Shown here: positions 34,722 to 54,542 of the stretch, in pieces
Position numbering within the stretch: position 1 is the first letter of the stretch
Layout of the letters: the number at the start of each line of letters is the position of its first letter
NCBI RefSeq assembly: GCF_009914755.1
Contig: NC_060941.1
Reading direction: 5' to 3' (one strand)
From: the human T2T-CHM13v2.0 reference genome, Homo sapiens
Length of the DNA stretch: 64,000 bases
Made by a program: the position numbers and the translations under genes
The notes under the pieces: generated by a model
What the model was told of the DNA's origin: nothing
Database searches by the model: none
Seen by the model: the letters and a program-made list of their open reading frames with translations, nothing else

Positions 34722-35059
34722 TTACTCCAGGACTGTTCTTCAAGGTCAGCCATGTGCTGGCACAGTTGTGAACACAGCAGGCAAAATCTCTACCCTGAAG
34801 TTGCTGACATCATAGTGGGAGAAGAAAGACAAAAATAAATAAATAATAAACAAATAGATGAAGGGTTAAGGTAAGTGCTATGTAGAAAAATGAGCAGGGC
34901 AGGCCAGGCGCGATGGCTCACACCTGTCATCCTAGCACTTTAGGAGGCTGAGGCTGAGGCTGATGGACCACTTGAGCTCAGGAGTTCAAGACTAGCCTGG
35001 GCAACATGGCAAAACCCCGTCTCTATAAAAAATACAAAAATTAGCTGGGTGTGGTGGCA

Positions 35060-35214
35060 GGTCACGGTTCTCCTGTCCAGCTCACTGCCCCTGGACCACT
35101 CCATGTAGAAGTCCTCAATAAACCCTATGTCTCGCTCACTGGCTCTGGGTCTCTTTTTCAGCCTCTCAGACATGGTGCCATCCTTATTATGGCCAATAAA
35201 TGTCCCACACAACA
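35060..35214 (+). mobile_element. 3' part of an LTR (LTR47-like) fused to a half Alu (34902-35060)
   Basis: aataaaccctatgtctcg...cacacaaca terminus; abrupt junction suggests a deletion. Confidence 0.5.
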
Positions 35215-35566
35215 CATGCCTCTCAAGGGCTGACTCTGTCTTTACTGGCTGCATCCCCAGCACGTAGACCAGTGCCTGACACAGTCAGTGCTCCAGAAAT
35301 AGCTATTAACTGACTGATAAGGGAAGCAATGAGGGAAGTAATGTCGTTGCTCAGAGCCATTTCCCTGGCAACACTTGCCAACTGGAAGTTCACTTCCGCT
35401 AATAAAATTCTCTTTGGAAAATACAGATACAGCCTGGGCAACATGGCAAACCTCCATCTCCACGAAAAAACTGCAAAAGAAAAAAATTAGCCAGGCATGA
35501 TGGCATGCACCTGTGGTCCCAACTAACCAGGAGGCTGAGGTGAGAGAATGGCATGATCCCAGTTCA

Positions 35567-35704
<138 letters not shown>

Positions 35705-36100
35705 TCACAAGATCAAGAGTCCAAGACCAGCCTGGCCAAGATGGTAAAACCCCATCTCTACTAAAAATACAAAAATTAGCTGGGTGTGGTGGTGGACGCC
35801 GGTAATCCCAGCTACTCGGGAGGCTGAGGGAGGCTGAGGCAGGAGAATCAGCTTGAAACCGGGAGGCAGAGGTTGCAGTGAGCAGAGATCATGCCACTGC
35901 ACTCCAGCCTGGGCAAAAGAGTAAGACTCCGTCTCAAAAAAAAAAAAAGAAAGAAAGAAAAAAAGAAAATACAAATATAAATATGTCCTGGAAAAGTTAA
36001 GCCTCATTCATATTGTAATATGAATGAACTAATTTAATCAGATGACCTACATATAGCAGATAGAGTAGCATTCAAAAGGTAAGCATTTTGGTTGAAACAG

Positions 36101-36139
<39 letters not shown>

Positions 36140-36759
36140 AGAATCTTGCTCTGTCGCCCAGGCTGGAGGGCAGTGGCGCGATCTCTGCTCACTGCAACCT
36201 CCAATTCCTGGTTCAAGCAATTCTCCTGCCTCAGCCTCTCGAGTAGCTGGGATTACAGGCACACGCCACCACGCCCAGCTAACTTTTGTATTTTTAGTAG
36301 AGATAGGGTTTCACCATGTTGGCCGGGATGGTCTCAATCTCCTGACTTTGTGATCTGCCTGCCTCCGCCTCCCAAAGTGCTGGGATTACAGGTGTGAGCC
36401 ACCGTGCCTGGCCGGGATATCTTTTTATTTTTTTGAGATGGAGTCTTGCTCTTGTCACCCAGGCTGAAGTGCAGTGGCGCAATCTCTGCTCACTGCAACC
36501 TCCAATTCCTGGTTCAAGCAATTCTCCTGCCTCAGCCTCCCGAGTAGCTGGAATTACAGGTCAACTGATCCGCCTGCCTCAGCCTCCCAAAGTGCTGGGA
36601 TTACAAGCACAAGCCACCGCACCTGGCCCAGGAGGAATACCTTGAAGGGAGTTCTAGGCCTCAGTGAAGCTGGAACAAAAGAGTCAAAGTATGGAAGGAG
36701 AGCCAGTGTGGTGGCCCAAAGAGAGAGAGGGCAGAACTGGAAAAGATTTAGAAAAGGTG

Positions 36760-37607
36760 ACTGATAGGTCTCAGGACACACCACCCCCAAATATGACTGC
36801 AGGAGACCAGAATATGCTACCCCAAAATATGTCTCTTTTATGTATGGGTTATTTCGAGCTGGTTATTTTGAGAAACTGCAGACACAGGAGTATTTCAGAA
36901 AAGTCGCCCTTTTGTAAGGAAATTTACATCTATAAAGAAAATCACTAGAAACTCCTAAAGGATGGAGAAGGCCTGGACTTAACTCTGCATAACAAACCTG
37001 ACCCTTGGCCAGGAGCAGTGGTGGCTCACGCCTGTACTCCCAGCACTTTGGGAGGCCAAGGCGGGTGGATCACCTGAGGTCAGGGGTTCAGGACCAGCCT
37101 GGCCAACATGGTGAAACCCTGTCTCTACTAAGAATACAAAAATTAGCCTGGTGCTGTGGCGCATCCTTGTAATCCCAGCTACTCGGAAAGCTGAGGCAAG
37201 AGAATCCCTTGAACCCAGGAGGCGGAGCTTGCAGTGAGCCAAGATCCCGCCATTGCACTCCAGCCTGGGCGACAGAGTGAGACTCCATCTCAAAAAAACA
37301 AAACAAAACAACAAAACTGACCCTTGCTTTTCAGTGCTTTTTCTGGCCATCTTGAAAGACTGTGGGGTCTTTCCCCACACCTTTCTTTCTTTGTTTAATA
37401 AAAAGGGCAGCATTTAAACCTGAAGATTAAACTTTTCCTTGGAGATCTACTCTGGAGGTTTATGCATTTCTCCACGGTTTTCTTCCATGCGTACATGAGG
37501 TATACACGCTAATAAACTTTTGTTTGTTTTTCTCTTGTTAATCTGCTCAGGGAGTCCCAGTTAAGAACTATGGAGGGTAGAAAGAAAATTATTTTTCTTC
37601 CCCTACA
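36760..37607 (+). mobile_element. MER34/MER39-like LTR with Alu insertion (37007-37315)
   Basis: ggagaccagaatatgctaccccaaaatatg...ttatttttcttcccctaca. Confidence 0.7.
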
Positions 37608-38359
37608 TAACCAAAGTTAATCTTGTCATCTTATCACATCTCTTGAGGCCCCAGCAGCAGCTGCTTGCAAAGCCTCAGTTAAAAGATAAGATTGCCACTG
37701 AATAGTGTTTCTTAACCTTTCTCAAAGTCATTTTTCAAAATAAGCCAATGCAGTTTATTATTTACTGCTTGTCTTCAGCTAGTAGCAAGATAGAGCTTCA
37801 TGTGGCTGTAAATGGGGGAAGAAATTACTATAACTCCTGACCCTCCTTTTCTTCCACACGTAGATGTTAGTCCCTGAGATGTATTTATCAAAATCAGCAT
37901 GATAAATATAAAAATCTCAGCTAGGCATGGTGGCTCACGCCTGTAATCCTAGCACTTTGGGAGGCCGAGGCAGGTGGCTCACTTGAGGCCAGGAGTTCGA
38001 GACCAGCCTGGCCAACATGACAAAACCCAGTCTCTACTAAAAAGTACAAAAAATTACCCAGGCATGGTGGCACATGCCTGTAATCCCAGCTACTTAGGAG
38101 GCTGAGGCATGAGAATCACTTGAACCCAGGAGGTGGAGGTGGTAGTGAGCTGAGATTGTGCCACTGCACTCCGGCCTGGGCGACAGAGTGAGATTGTCTC
38201 AAAAAAAAAAAAAAAATCTTATGCCCTCATTTCATGTTATTTGAACAAAAGACCATGGCTAACACTAGATCACAGCAATGGACATAAGAGAAAAATTTTT
38301 TGTCTTGAATTTTACGTATTTAACATTTGGGCCATATAGTAGTGTGAATTGTCTATTTC

Positions 38360-38655
38360 TATTTACATGACCTAAATCAGTCAATAGACTGTGATCTGCA
38401 TCAGCCAACTGGAACTCAGCAAGTGTTGACCAATCAGAACTACATAAATTTGCATCCTTCATTTGCATAAGCAGACCAGAGTGGGAACCTGGGAGGGAAC
38501 TTTCTCTATAAAAGATAACTTCTCTCTTTATTCTCTCAGAATGCACCTTTGTTTTGTACCAAAGACTGCATCTCCCTGGTTTACAAACTGTTTACTGGGA
38601 TGAATTCTCTTTTTTTTCTTTAAAAAATATATTTTTCAGTGAATTTGTTGGTAAT
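38360..38655 (+). mobile_element. ERV LTR fragment with CCAAT, two octamers and TATA
   Basis: CCAAT 38430, ATTTGCAT 38448 and 38461, TATAAAA 38507. Confidence 0.55.
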
Positions 38656-38767
38656 AGTCATGACAATCTAGAACTACAGCAGGACACTAGTTTTTAAAAG
38701 TTATTTGAACTTTTTAACATGTGTTAGGCAATACTGATGAAACATCTCTATCTATAGAGATGTATTA

Positions 38768-39098
<331 letters not shown>

Positions 39099-39325
39099 TT
39101 AGTCTATAAAACCAAAATGAGGCTTCAAGTCAGCTTAGTTCATTGTCATCCAAGCATACATATTAGGGTTTGGTAATACAAGCACATGTTAAAAAGTATT
39201 TCTAGGCTGGGTGCGATGGCTCATGCCTGTAATCCCAGCACTTTGGGAGGCTGAGGCAGGTGGATCACCTGAAGTCACAGGTTTGAGACCAGCCTGGCCA
39301 ACACGATGAAACCCCATCTCTACTA

Positions 39326-39841
<516 letters not shown>

Positions 39842-39933
39842 TGACCTCATGATCCGCCCACCTCAGCCTCCCAAAGTGCTGGGATGACAGGTGTGAGCCA
39901 CCACACCCGGCCAACCACTTTCTTGAGTATCCT

Positions 39934-40822
<889 letters not shown>

Positions 40823-41331
40823 TCTAGAAATATCCTATGCATTATGAACATTTTTATACAAATTTCAGCATATTACACATGTTGTTACTTTTTTTCTCTC
40901 TCTCTCTTTGAGATAGTCTTGCTCTGTTGCCAAGGCTGGAGTGCAGTGGCATGATCTTGACTCACTGAAACCTCTGCCTCCTGGGTTCAAGTGATTCTCC
41001 TGCATCAACCTCCAGGGTAGTTGAGACTACAGGCGCATGCCACCATGACTGGCTAATTTTTGTATTTCTGGTGGAGACGGGGTTTTGCCATGTTGGTGCC
41101 AAGCCGGTCTCGAACTCCTGACCTCAGATTATTCGCCCCCCTTGGCCTCCCAAAGTGCTGGAACTACAGGTGTGAGCCACCACACCCTACCGATACACAT
41201 TGTTCTTGATCATGTTTATTTCACTTAACAATGTTTTGGTGCCAGGTGTGGTGGCTCATGCCTGTAATCCCAGCACTTTGGGAGGCTGAGGCGGGCAGAT
41301 CACCTGAAGTCAGGAGTTCGAGACCAGCCTA

Positions 41332-41514
<183 letters not shown>

Positions 41515-41519
41515 CTATC

Positions 41520-41564
41520 TAAAACAAAACAAAACAAAACAAAACAAAATATATATATATACAC

Positions 41565-41616
<52 letters not shown>
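41520..41616 (+). repeat. (AAAAC)n(AT)n(GT)n microsatellite at Alu tail
   Basis: Seen directly. Confidence 0.9.
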
Positions 41617-41617
<1 letters not shown>

Positions 41618-43120
41618 TTGGTGATCATTTCATATCTGTAAATATAGATTTGACTTTTTTTTCAAACAACAACATGCTATACTATATCCATTGTAGGAAT
41701 ATGTCACAATTTATTTAACTGGTACCCTACTCATGGATGTTTAGCTTGTTTCCAATCTTCTGCTATTACCAACAGTACTGCTAGGAATATTTTTATATAC
41801 ATTTCTTTGTGCACATGTATAAATATATCCAAAAGATGAATTCATAAAAGTGAAATTGGTACTCCAAGGGTATGTATATTTTTCTTCTTAATATATATTC
41901 TCAAATTATCTCCTATTGGAATTTGGCAGAGATTCTGGAATTGCTTTTCATCGAGGTTGTAACACCCACCACCAACATAGGCAACACTGGCTATTTATCT
42001 CATAATGCCTCTGTGGATGTTTCCTTCAAAGAACACCAGATGGCAGAACAGACCCTAATACGTTTGCCTTGGGTAACAGGGAACTTCCGGACTTGAAGCC
42101 TCATTTTGGTTATGTAGACTGAACAAATAAAGTTGTAGAACCAGTTGTACATTAATAAATCTCTATAGATAGAAATGTATCAATTCCTCAGTAATATCAT
42201 CAGTAATAGCAGATGGTAGCCTTTGCCTTTTTTCCTGTCTACCTGAAAAAAACACTAAAAAGATCCTCATCTTTCGCTCTGTAATTCTTCCCCATTACAC
42301 AAACATTACTTTTTCTCCAGCTGAATAATATAGAGAACGTGCGTTAGCAATAATAATTCATGGAGTTTCATTTATGTGTGAAAGTGACTTATTTAGTTCA
42401 TGTTGTTACAACAAGGAAATGTATGAGCATATGTATGTCACATAAGAATATGTCTTTAAGCAAATAGAAATGAATAATTAAAGTTGATGCCTTTACTATA
42501 AGGCTTTCATTTGTCAGAACACCAGCAAACCAATTTCACAGCAGGAAAACATTTTTTTTTTCTTTCCTGGAGAGTATGTCATCTGAGCAGAACAAATTCA
42601 ATTAGCGTTGTACCTGCTTTGCAACTTATGAGAATGCTTTTATGCCTCTGGGTAGCTGCTCTCAACCCACAGCCCACAGCCCACATATACCCAATAGAGA
42701 AGGTACTCATGAACTTGTATATGCTCTTCCGTAAAACTCTTTTCAGTCTTCAGGATGTAGTACTTTTTAAATTAATCCTTCATTGCCCCAGAAGATAAAC
42801 CGGTGGGAAGTTAATGAAATTGGCGTCCTAAGCTACCTGCTCAGGATCAAAATTTGCTACCTACTACAGATCTTATTATTGTCCTTCTTGAGAAATGACA
42901 GATGTCTTATTTTAAAGGTTCTAAGATAAGATGTACATAATTTTAGGGGCAGTATCATCTAGTCGCTGTAGTTCCTTGGAACACTACAAGTCCTTAAGCT
43001 AAACAGGAAGAGACTCTGCCACAAAGAAGGCAACATTGAGATTAATGAAGATTTATTGGCTAGGCGCGGTGGCTCACGCCTGTAATTCCAGCATTTTTGG
43101 AGGCCAAGGTGTGTGGATCA

Positions 43121-43339
<219 letters not shown>

Positions 43340-43664
43340 CTAAAAAAAAAAAGAAAAAGAAAAAAAAAAGATTTATTAAGTACTAGATCTTTCCCAACTG
43401 CCATATCACGTTACAACATTTTATCAGGCAAAAGTTATCGTGCCCCTGTTTCAGATTAGGAAACTGTGGCTCAGAAAAGTTAAATAACTTGCCCAAATTA
43501 ACACAACTGCCAAGGGGCCAAGCAGGAATTTGGATGCAAGTATATCTACCTCCTAGACTGATGGTTCTCGATGTATGGCCCCCAGACCAGCAGCATCACC
43601 ATCACTAGTATAACCTGGAAATTTTTTATGAAACATTTTTCAGGACCCAACCTGCTCCTCCTAA

Positions 43665-44032
<368 letters not shown>

Positions 44033-45351
44033 TGAGCCACCACACCCAGCTCGGCAATCTATATTTTAACAAGTCCTCTAGGAGATTCTGATGCAAGTTC
44101 AAGTTTGAGAACTATTGTCCTAGACACATTCTGCCACAATATCCTGATACATGGGAGGGATGCATGAGAGAGGAAACTAGTGTTCCTCGAGTCACCATCA
44201 CGAGCCAAACACTGTCATGAGTGTTTTACATCCTATTCCCTTTAATCCTCACAATAGCCATGCAAGTTAGGTGTTCTGTTTTGTTTTGTTTATTATTTAT
44301 TTATTTATTTATCTAGAGACAGAGTCTCACTCTGTCACCCAGGCTGGAGTATAGTGGTGTGATCTTGGCTCACCACAACTTCTGCCTCCCGGGTTTAAGC
44401 GATTGTTGTGTCTCAGCCTCCCCAGTAGCTGGGATTACAGATGTGCACCACCACGTCTGTCATGTTTGTATTTTTAGTAGAGATGGGGGTTTCGCCTAGT
44501 TGGCCAGGCTGGTCTCGAACTCCTGGCCTCAGGTGATCCACCTGCCTCGGCCAAAAGATGCTAGGATTATAGGCATGACCTACTGTGCCCAGCCTTGTTT
44601 TTTAAATTTTACATTAAGGAAACTGAAGGTACACCGAGGAAACTGAGGATGATAAGGTCATTTGTTGAAGCTCCCAATACCAATAAGAGGCACTTTACAC
44701 TTGGGCCTATCTGATTCCACAGTGTAAACTTCATGCCAAATCCACTGGTAAGTTCTATCCTTCTATCCTAACAGTCATATTGGTTGGCTAAGCGTTTGTC
44801 TTAAGGGTATTCTTCACACACAATTGTAATTAGCCTGATTGTGCAGTTTTCCAGCCAAAATCTAGATGAATGATTATAAATGAGAGGGATGCTGCTAGAA
44901 ATACATTAAAGAGAGACAAAAGTGACAACATGCCAGGCGAATAGTCTAGAAGGAGATAGTAAAAACTACACAAAAAAATGCATAACTTAAAAAAAACTTA
45001 AGACCGTATCACTTTGTAATTAAAAAAGCAATAAAGATTAGTTATAAAAGTTGAGGGTCTGAGGCTGTTTTGTGTATGGGTCTACACTTCAACAATTCCT
45101 GAGCTTGTAACTAGAATAAAGAATATCGTAATGATGATTACAAAATCCATGGAAAATAGATTGAATTTTCCATATTAAAGTGTGTGAAGTGCATTTCAAA
45201 AAGATCTGCATGAGAAATGGTTAAAATGAGAAATGTGTTGACTCAAGACACAAGCTATAGGTTACCTGTGCAACTGATCCATCTGGAATATTACATTCAT
45301 CAGGGCTGCTATTGCCTGAAACCAATTTGGACTCGGACTGCTGAACCTTCC

Positions 45352-46333
<982 letters not shown>

Positions 46334-47142
46334 CTTCTTTTTGTCCCATCTTTATTGTGTGTGTGTGTTTTTTGTTTTGTTTTGTGATGGAGTTTTGCTG
46401 TGTCGCCCAGGCTGGAGTGCAGTGGCAGTGATCTCGGCTCACTGCAACCTCCACCTCCCAGGTTCAAGAGATTCTCCTGCCTCAGCCTCCTGAGTAGCTA
46501 GATCTACAGGCGTGTGCCACCACACCTAGCCACTTTTTGTATTTTTAGTAGAGATGGGATTTTTGCCATGCTGGCCGGGCTGGTCTCGAACTCCTGACCT
46601 CAGGTGGTCTGCCCTCCTCAGCTTCCCAAAGTGCTGGGATAACAGGCATGAGCCACTGCACCTGGCCTCTCTTTTTTATTGGTAAAAGGACCTCTTGTTT
46701 CATGCAGCCCTAGAGCTTGCTCTCCTAAACTCAAAGGTGGGAAACAGAGACCGAGGTCCTGACTTGGATCCAATTACATGGAAAAGGTCTGAAGCTCAGG
46801 TTTAACTGAAGACTCCTGAAATAAAAGATAAGAATCCTGGAGGAGCTGACCCATCTTTCATCCTTCTGATACAATAAAAAAGGCCCCATGAGACTGCTGT
46901 AGAAGAGACTTCAAATGCCTTCTAAGCCATTGTGGCTACTGTGGGATTGGTCACATATTAGAGAAGATTTTTTTTGTTTGTTTGCAACATTTCTAACCAG
47001 GATTTTTTTTTTCTCACTGAGTTATACCAGGCTTTGATAGTTAGTTACAAATAAAAAATGAGTTAGCCTACTATTAGAGTCTTGAATGTCCAGGAGAAAT
47101 AAGACTAAGACTAAGAGTTGTACAGACAATTCTCTTGAATTG

Positions 47143-47176
<34 letters not shown>

Positions 47177-48599
47177 GGCCAGTAGCCTTTCATGAGTGTT
47201 CTGCCCTACCAGCATCCTTCAGCACAAGATGTACCTGCTCCACCAATGGCAAGCCATAGCTGCTAACAAGATCACGGTAATTCAGAGCTCCTGCTGCTTC
47301 TTGCCTGGGTAGTCAATGAAGTCTCACCAGGGGAAGAAAAGAATGTTCCTCCCTGAATTGTTCATCAGGATGGACTCATTACTCGCTTCTTTCTGCTTGG
47401 ACTGAAGCGACAGGATAGCAATTTAGGGATGGCTGATCTAAAGCACATCAAGGCACGGTTGCTGAGCAGGTGCGGTGGCACCAAATTCAAGGAAACCCCA
47501 TAGGTAGTTCCCACCAGCAATGTGGGTTTCAGCCTTTATACCAGCACCATCTGAACAAGCCCCATAAAAAGTGCAGATTACAAAGCAGAAGCATTTTCCA
47601 TGTGGGCTAACACATGAGGTGGTTGAACAAAAAAGCAGTAGAAGAGACAGCCATGCCCAGAGGCCAGCTCAGTTCTTGATCTGGAAGTTACTTTCTGCCT
47701 TTTTTCCTGTCTCTGTTTCTACTAGAAGCCCGCTTTCTTCAATCTGCTTTATTTTTTATTTTAGAGAGAATGTCTCACTGTGTCACCCAGGCTGGAGTAT
47801 AATGGCACAGCCATAGCTCACTGCAACCTTAAACTCCTGGGCTCATGCCAATCCTCCCATCTCAACCTCTGGAGTGGCTGGGACTACAGGTATGCACCAT
47901 CACACCTGGCTAAATTTGTTTTTTTTTAAGAGATGGGGTGTTCCTATATTACCCAGGCTGGACTTGAATTCTTGGCCTCGAGTGATCCTGCCTCCTTGGC
48001 TTCCCAAAGTGCTGAGATTACAGGTGTGAGCCACTTCACCAGGCCCAATCTGCTCTTTTTTTTTTTTTTTTTTTTGAGATGGAGTCTCACTCTGTCTCCC
48101 AGGCTGGAGTGCAGTGGCACAATCTTGGCTCACTGCAACCTCCACCTCCCAAGCTCAAGCGATTATCTTGCCTCAGCCTCCAGAGTAGCTGTGATTACAG
48201 GCAACCACTACCACACCTGGCAAATTTTTGTACTTTTAGTAGAGATGGGGTTTCACCATGTTGGCCAGGCTGGTCTCAAACTCCTGACCTCAGGTGATCC
48301 ACCCACCTTGGCCTCCCATAGTGCTGGGATTACAGCCATGAGCCACCGCACGAGGCCCAATCTGCTTATTAATCTTAGTGTACAGTTCCTACTATGTGCC
48401 AGGCATCGTGCTAAGTGCTTTCTATACCTTATCTTATGTGATTCTCACAATTCGCTAAGTCCTATTATTTCCCCCTTTCTCAGATTCAGAAACTGAGGCT
48501 CTCAGAGGTTAAGTATTTTGCCCAGGGTCATGCAGTTGTTATGGGGTAGAGCTAGGATTTAGACTCAGGTATTCGGATTCCAGAATCCCCTCACCCTTG

Positions 48600-49420
<821 letters not shown>

Positions 49421-50000
49421 TGCCCACTGATGTGCCTCTCCTCTTCTCCTCCCAATCCACCTCCACACCCTGGTAACTAAGTGCTGGGACAGGTAGGGAC
49501 CAGGGAGTGCTGGGGGCAGGGATGGAGAAGGGGCAGGTGTTCACCTAGAGCTCAAGGCTGGTACACATGCTGGGTGGGACCCAGAGGGGTGCTGAGTGGG
49601 GCCCATTACTTCCACAGACACGGAAACAATTTTTATTACTACTTCCCAAGCCTGGCAATGTTTCATGATGCAAATGGGCTGGACTGCTCACCATTTAATA
49701 TTTCTCTTCAGTACTTGAATCATTACCAAGACACAGCCACCTACCACTGACCTCTGTTCCCCAGAGGATTTGGACAGTCATTAGAGCCCATTTTAGTGCA
49801 GACCTTGTCCTTTTGATAAATGAGTTGAAACTTAAACTCCTTGGCTGAGAATGATTATCCAGCCCCCGAATGGAATAGATCTGGTGTTGGGGTGGGGGTT
49901 GGCTAGCATCTCATCCACTGGCTACTCACCCTGGAGTACATCTCCAGGTCTCCAAGGGCTTTTCTGAAATATATCCCTGGGTCCTCTCCAATATCAATAA

Positions 50001-50248
<248 letters not shown>

Positions 50249-50381
50249 TAGCCAGGATGGTCTCGATCTCTTGACCTCGTGATCCGCCTGCCTCGGCCTC
50301 CCAAAGTGTTGGGATTACAGGCATTAGACACTGAGCCCAGCCGAATATACGTTTTAAATGCTTTCCAGTTGAAAACAGTTA

Positions 50382-50856
<475 letters not shown>

Positions 50857-51457
50857 TCACCTCCCCTCTCCCACCAAAAATCCTGGGGACTAGAATAAAT
50901 CAGCCTTGGCACCTGGTTATCTGAACGATGCTTGGTCACATCCAGAGGCAGGTAACACTCCCTAATGAGACAGCCCTGTTTCATTTTGAGTCAGCTCCAA
51001 ATATGAGAAGTTTTTCTCCAGTCTCTGAGGTTGGACTTTGCCTCTCTGAAACCTCCACTGAACATCTCATTTCTAACTCTTTGACCAAACAAAATATGCT
51101 TAATTTCTCTTTTACCTCCCAGCCATTCCAATATTTGGAGGCAAATGGGAAGTGGAAGGAGCAAGGATTTAGAAATCTATTAGAAATGGGCTCAAATTGC
51201 TGCTCTGTCTGATACATGTTATAGCATGGATGAACTCTGAAGGCATGCTAAATAAAGTAAGACAGACACAAGAGGAAAATATTGTGTCTAAGTCCTCTTA
51301 CATGAGGTACCTTGAGTAGTCAAATTCATAAAGACAGAAAAAAGAGCAGTGGTTACTATTGGAGGGATGGGAGAATGGGGAGTTAGTGTTTAATGGATAC
51401 AGAGTTTATGTTCAAGATGATGAAAAGTTTCTAGAATTGGATAGCGGTGATGAATGT

Positions 51458-51831
51458 TGATATGGTTTGGCTGTGTCCCTGCCCAAATCTCATCTTGAAT
51501 TGTTGTTCCCATAATCCCCACGTGTCATGGGAGGTAACCAGGGGGAGGTAATTTAATCATTTTGGGGTCCTTACCCTCATGCTGTTCTCATGATAGTGAG
51601 TGATTTCTCATGAGATTTGATAGTTTTATAGGGGGCTTTCCCCCACTCATTCTCATTCTTCTCTCTTGTCTGCTGCCATGTAAGACCTGCCTTTGCTCCT
51701 CCTTCACCTTCAACCATGATTGTGAGGCTTCCCCAGCCATATGGAACTGTGAGTCCATTTAACCTCTTTCCTTTATAAATTACCCAGTCTCAGGTACGTC
51801 TTTATTAGCAGTGTGAGAATGGACTAATACA
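51458..51831 (+). mobile_element. THE1-type MaLR solo LTR nested in an L1MB-like 3' end (~51210-51930)
   Basis: tgatatggtttggctgtgtcc...ggactaataca; TSD aatgt/aacgt. Confidence 0.88.
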
Positions 51832-52716
51832 AACGTACAACATTGTAAATGTGTTTAAGGCCGCTGAATTTGACATTTAAACACGGATAAATTTTATGTT
51901 ATGTATATTTTACCACAATAAAAAAAATCAAAAAATGCTGCTGTCATTTACTAGCTATGTTGTTTCTCTGAGCTGCAGTTTTCTCATCTGTAAAATGGGT
52001 ACTGTTTAATTGTAACTACTGTGCATGTTGTTGTGACAGTCAGATAGGTTTAGTTAATTAAAGTACCATCCTTGTATTTTCATGGAAACTTTGAGAGTAG
52101 AAAGTTAATACATGATGACTGATGGGAAATCCGGATTTATAATAGCTGGCATTATTAACACTGCCATAAAATCAAAATTAGCCATTAGTCAGAGAGGGCA
52201 GAATTCATGCTTTAAGACATCAGAATAAAAATAAGTTTGAAGATGAAACACCAGGCTTCAAAGACATTTCGGCTTTTAGTGGGCAGTGGAGCTATGGACC
52301 CAGACCTGCTCCAGGGACTCCTGGCTGATTCTCCTCTGGGGTTAGGAAGTTGGCAGTCTGAGAAGCTCTGCTCGAGACAATGGTTTCCATCCCCTGCTGT
52401 GTTTCAGAACTGCCTGAGACAATTATTAAACTAAAGACACCTGGTCCCGTCCCTGGAGCCTACAATTTAGTCAGGCATTAGTTCAGGATCTGGATGTATT
52501 TTTAGTTTGCTCCAAGCGAATCTGAGGCATTACCAGGTTTGAGGACCACTGCGCCAGGGACTTCTGGCTGCCCTGACTGCCCAAGAGTAGTTCAAGTAGC
52601 TGAGTGAGGAGTTTTGATGGGAGACCTGAGAGATGGTCCTAACATCCCAGAAGTTCCCCACATGGCTAAGAAAGAGAGGGCAGCCCTAACTTGGGAGCAA
52701 AAATCAGTTGAAGGTT

Positions 52717-53576
52717 TGTATTAATCAGGGTTCTCTACACAAACCTAACAGTAACATTCTGCTTATATATAGGATTTATTAGGTTGATGCAAAAATAATT
52801 GCCATTACTTTCATGGCAAAAACTGCAATAATTTTCATTTTTTTTTTTTTTGAGATGGAGTCTCAGTCTATCACCCAGGCTGGAGGGCAATGGCACAACC
52901 TCAGCTCACTGCAACCTCCATCTCCTAGGTTCAAGTGATTCTCCTGCCTCAGCCTCCGGAGTAGCTGGGATTATAGGGATTACAGACAGCTAATGTTTTT
53001 TGTATTTTTAGTAGAGACAGGGTTTCACCATGTTGGCCAGGCTGGTCATGAACTCCTGACCTCAAGTGATCTGCCCACCTCAGCCTCCCAGAGTGCTGGG
53101 ATTCCAGGTGTGAGCCACTGCACCTGGCCTGCAATTACTTTTGCACCAAGCTAATATTATGAGGAATTGGTTCATGCAATTATGGAGAAGTTCACGATCT
53201 GCCAACTGCAAGCTGGAGACCCAGCAAAGCCCATGGTATAATTCAGCCTGAGTGTGAAGGCCTGGAACCAGGAGAACTGGTGATGGAAAAGTCGCTCCGA
53301 GAGCAGGGGAAGAGGAGAGAAGAGGAGATTCTCTGGCTGACGCAGAGAGACAGGGGAAAAGGAGCATACTCCTCCTCCTTCTGCCTTTTGTTCTATTCAG
53401 GCCTTTGGTGGATTGGACAATGCCTACCTACATTGGGGAGAGCAATTTACTTTACTGAGTCCACAGATTCAAATGCTTATCTCCTCTGTAAACACCCTCA
53501 TAGACCCATCCAGAAATAATGTTGAATCTGGGCCCTACTTGGCCAGTCATGTTGATACGTAAAATTAATAATCACA
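52717..53576 (-). mobile_element. MLT2-type ERVL LTR hosting a MADE1 and an Alu
   Basis: tgtattaatcagggttctc...aaaattaataatcaca. Confidence 0.8.
52779..53154. mobile_element. MADE1 (Hsmar1 MITE) interrupted by antisense Alu (52838-53129)
   Basis: TIRs TTAGGTTGATGCAAAAATAATTGC and GCAATTACTTTTGCACCAAGCTAA, with TA target duplication. Confidence 0.88.
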
Positions 53577-53684
53577 AAAATCAAAGACGGAAAGTAACCA
53601 GAAAGAGATGACAAGGAGACTGCAGCATAGCTTTAGACCTGGGTCAAGTTCAGATTAAACTTCTTTTAATCGAAAACATGTAAT

Positions 53685-54389
<705 letters not shown>

Positions 54390-54542
54390 CTATCTCAAAA
54401 TCAAATTTCAATTGCTCTGGGCTCCTACCCAATGACTAGCAGAAAGTTCAATCCTCATAGATTCCTGAGTCTGTCACTCACTCCTCCTCCACTTGGTCAG
54501 AAAGTCCCTGGGCTCCTGTGGCCTTAGAAAAGTGGCCCAGCT

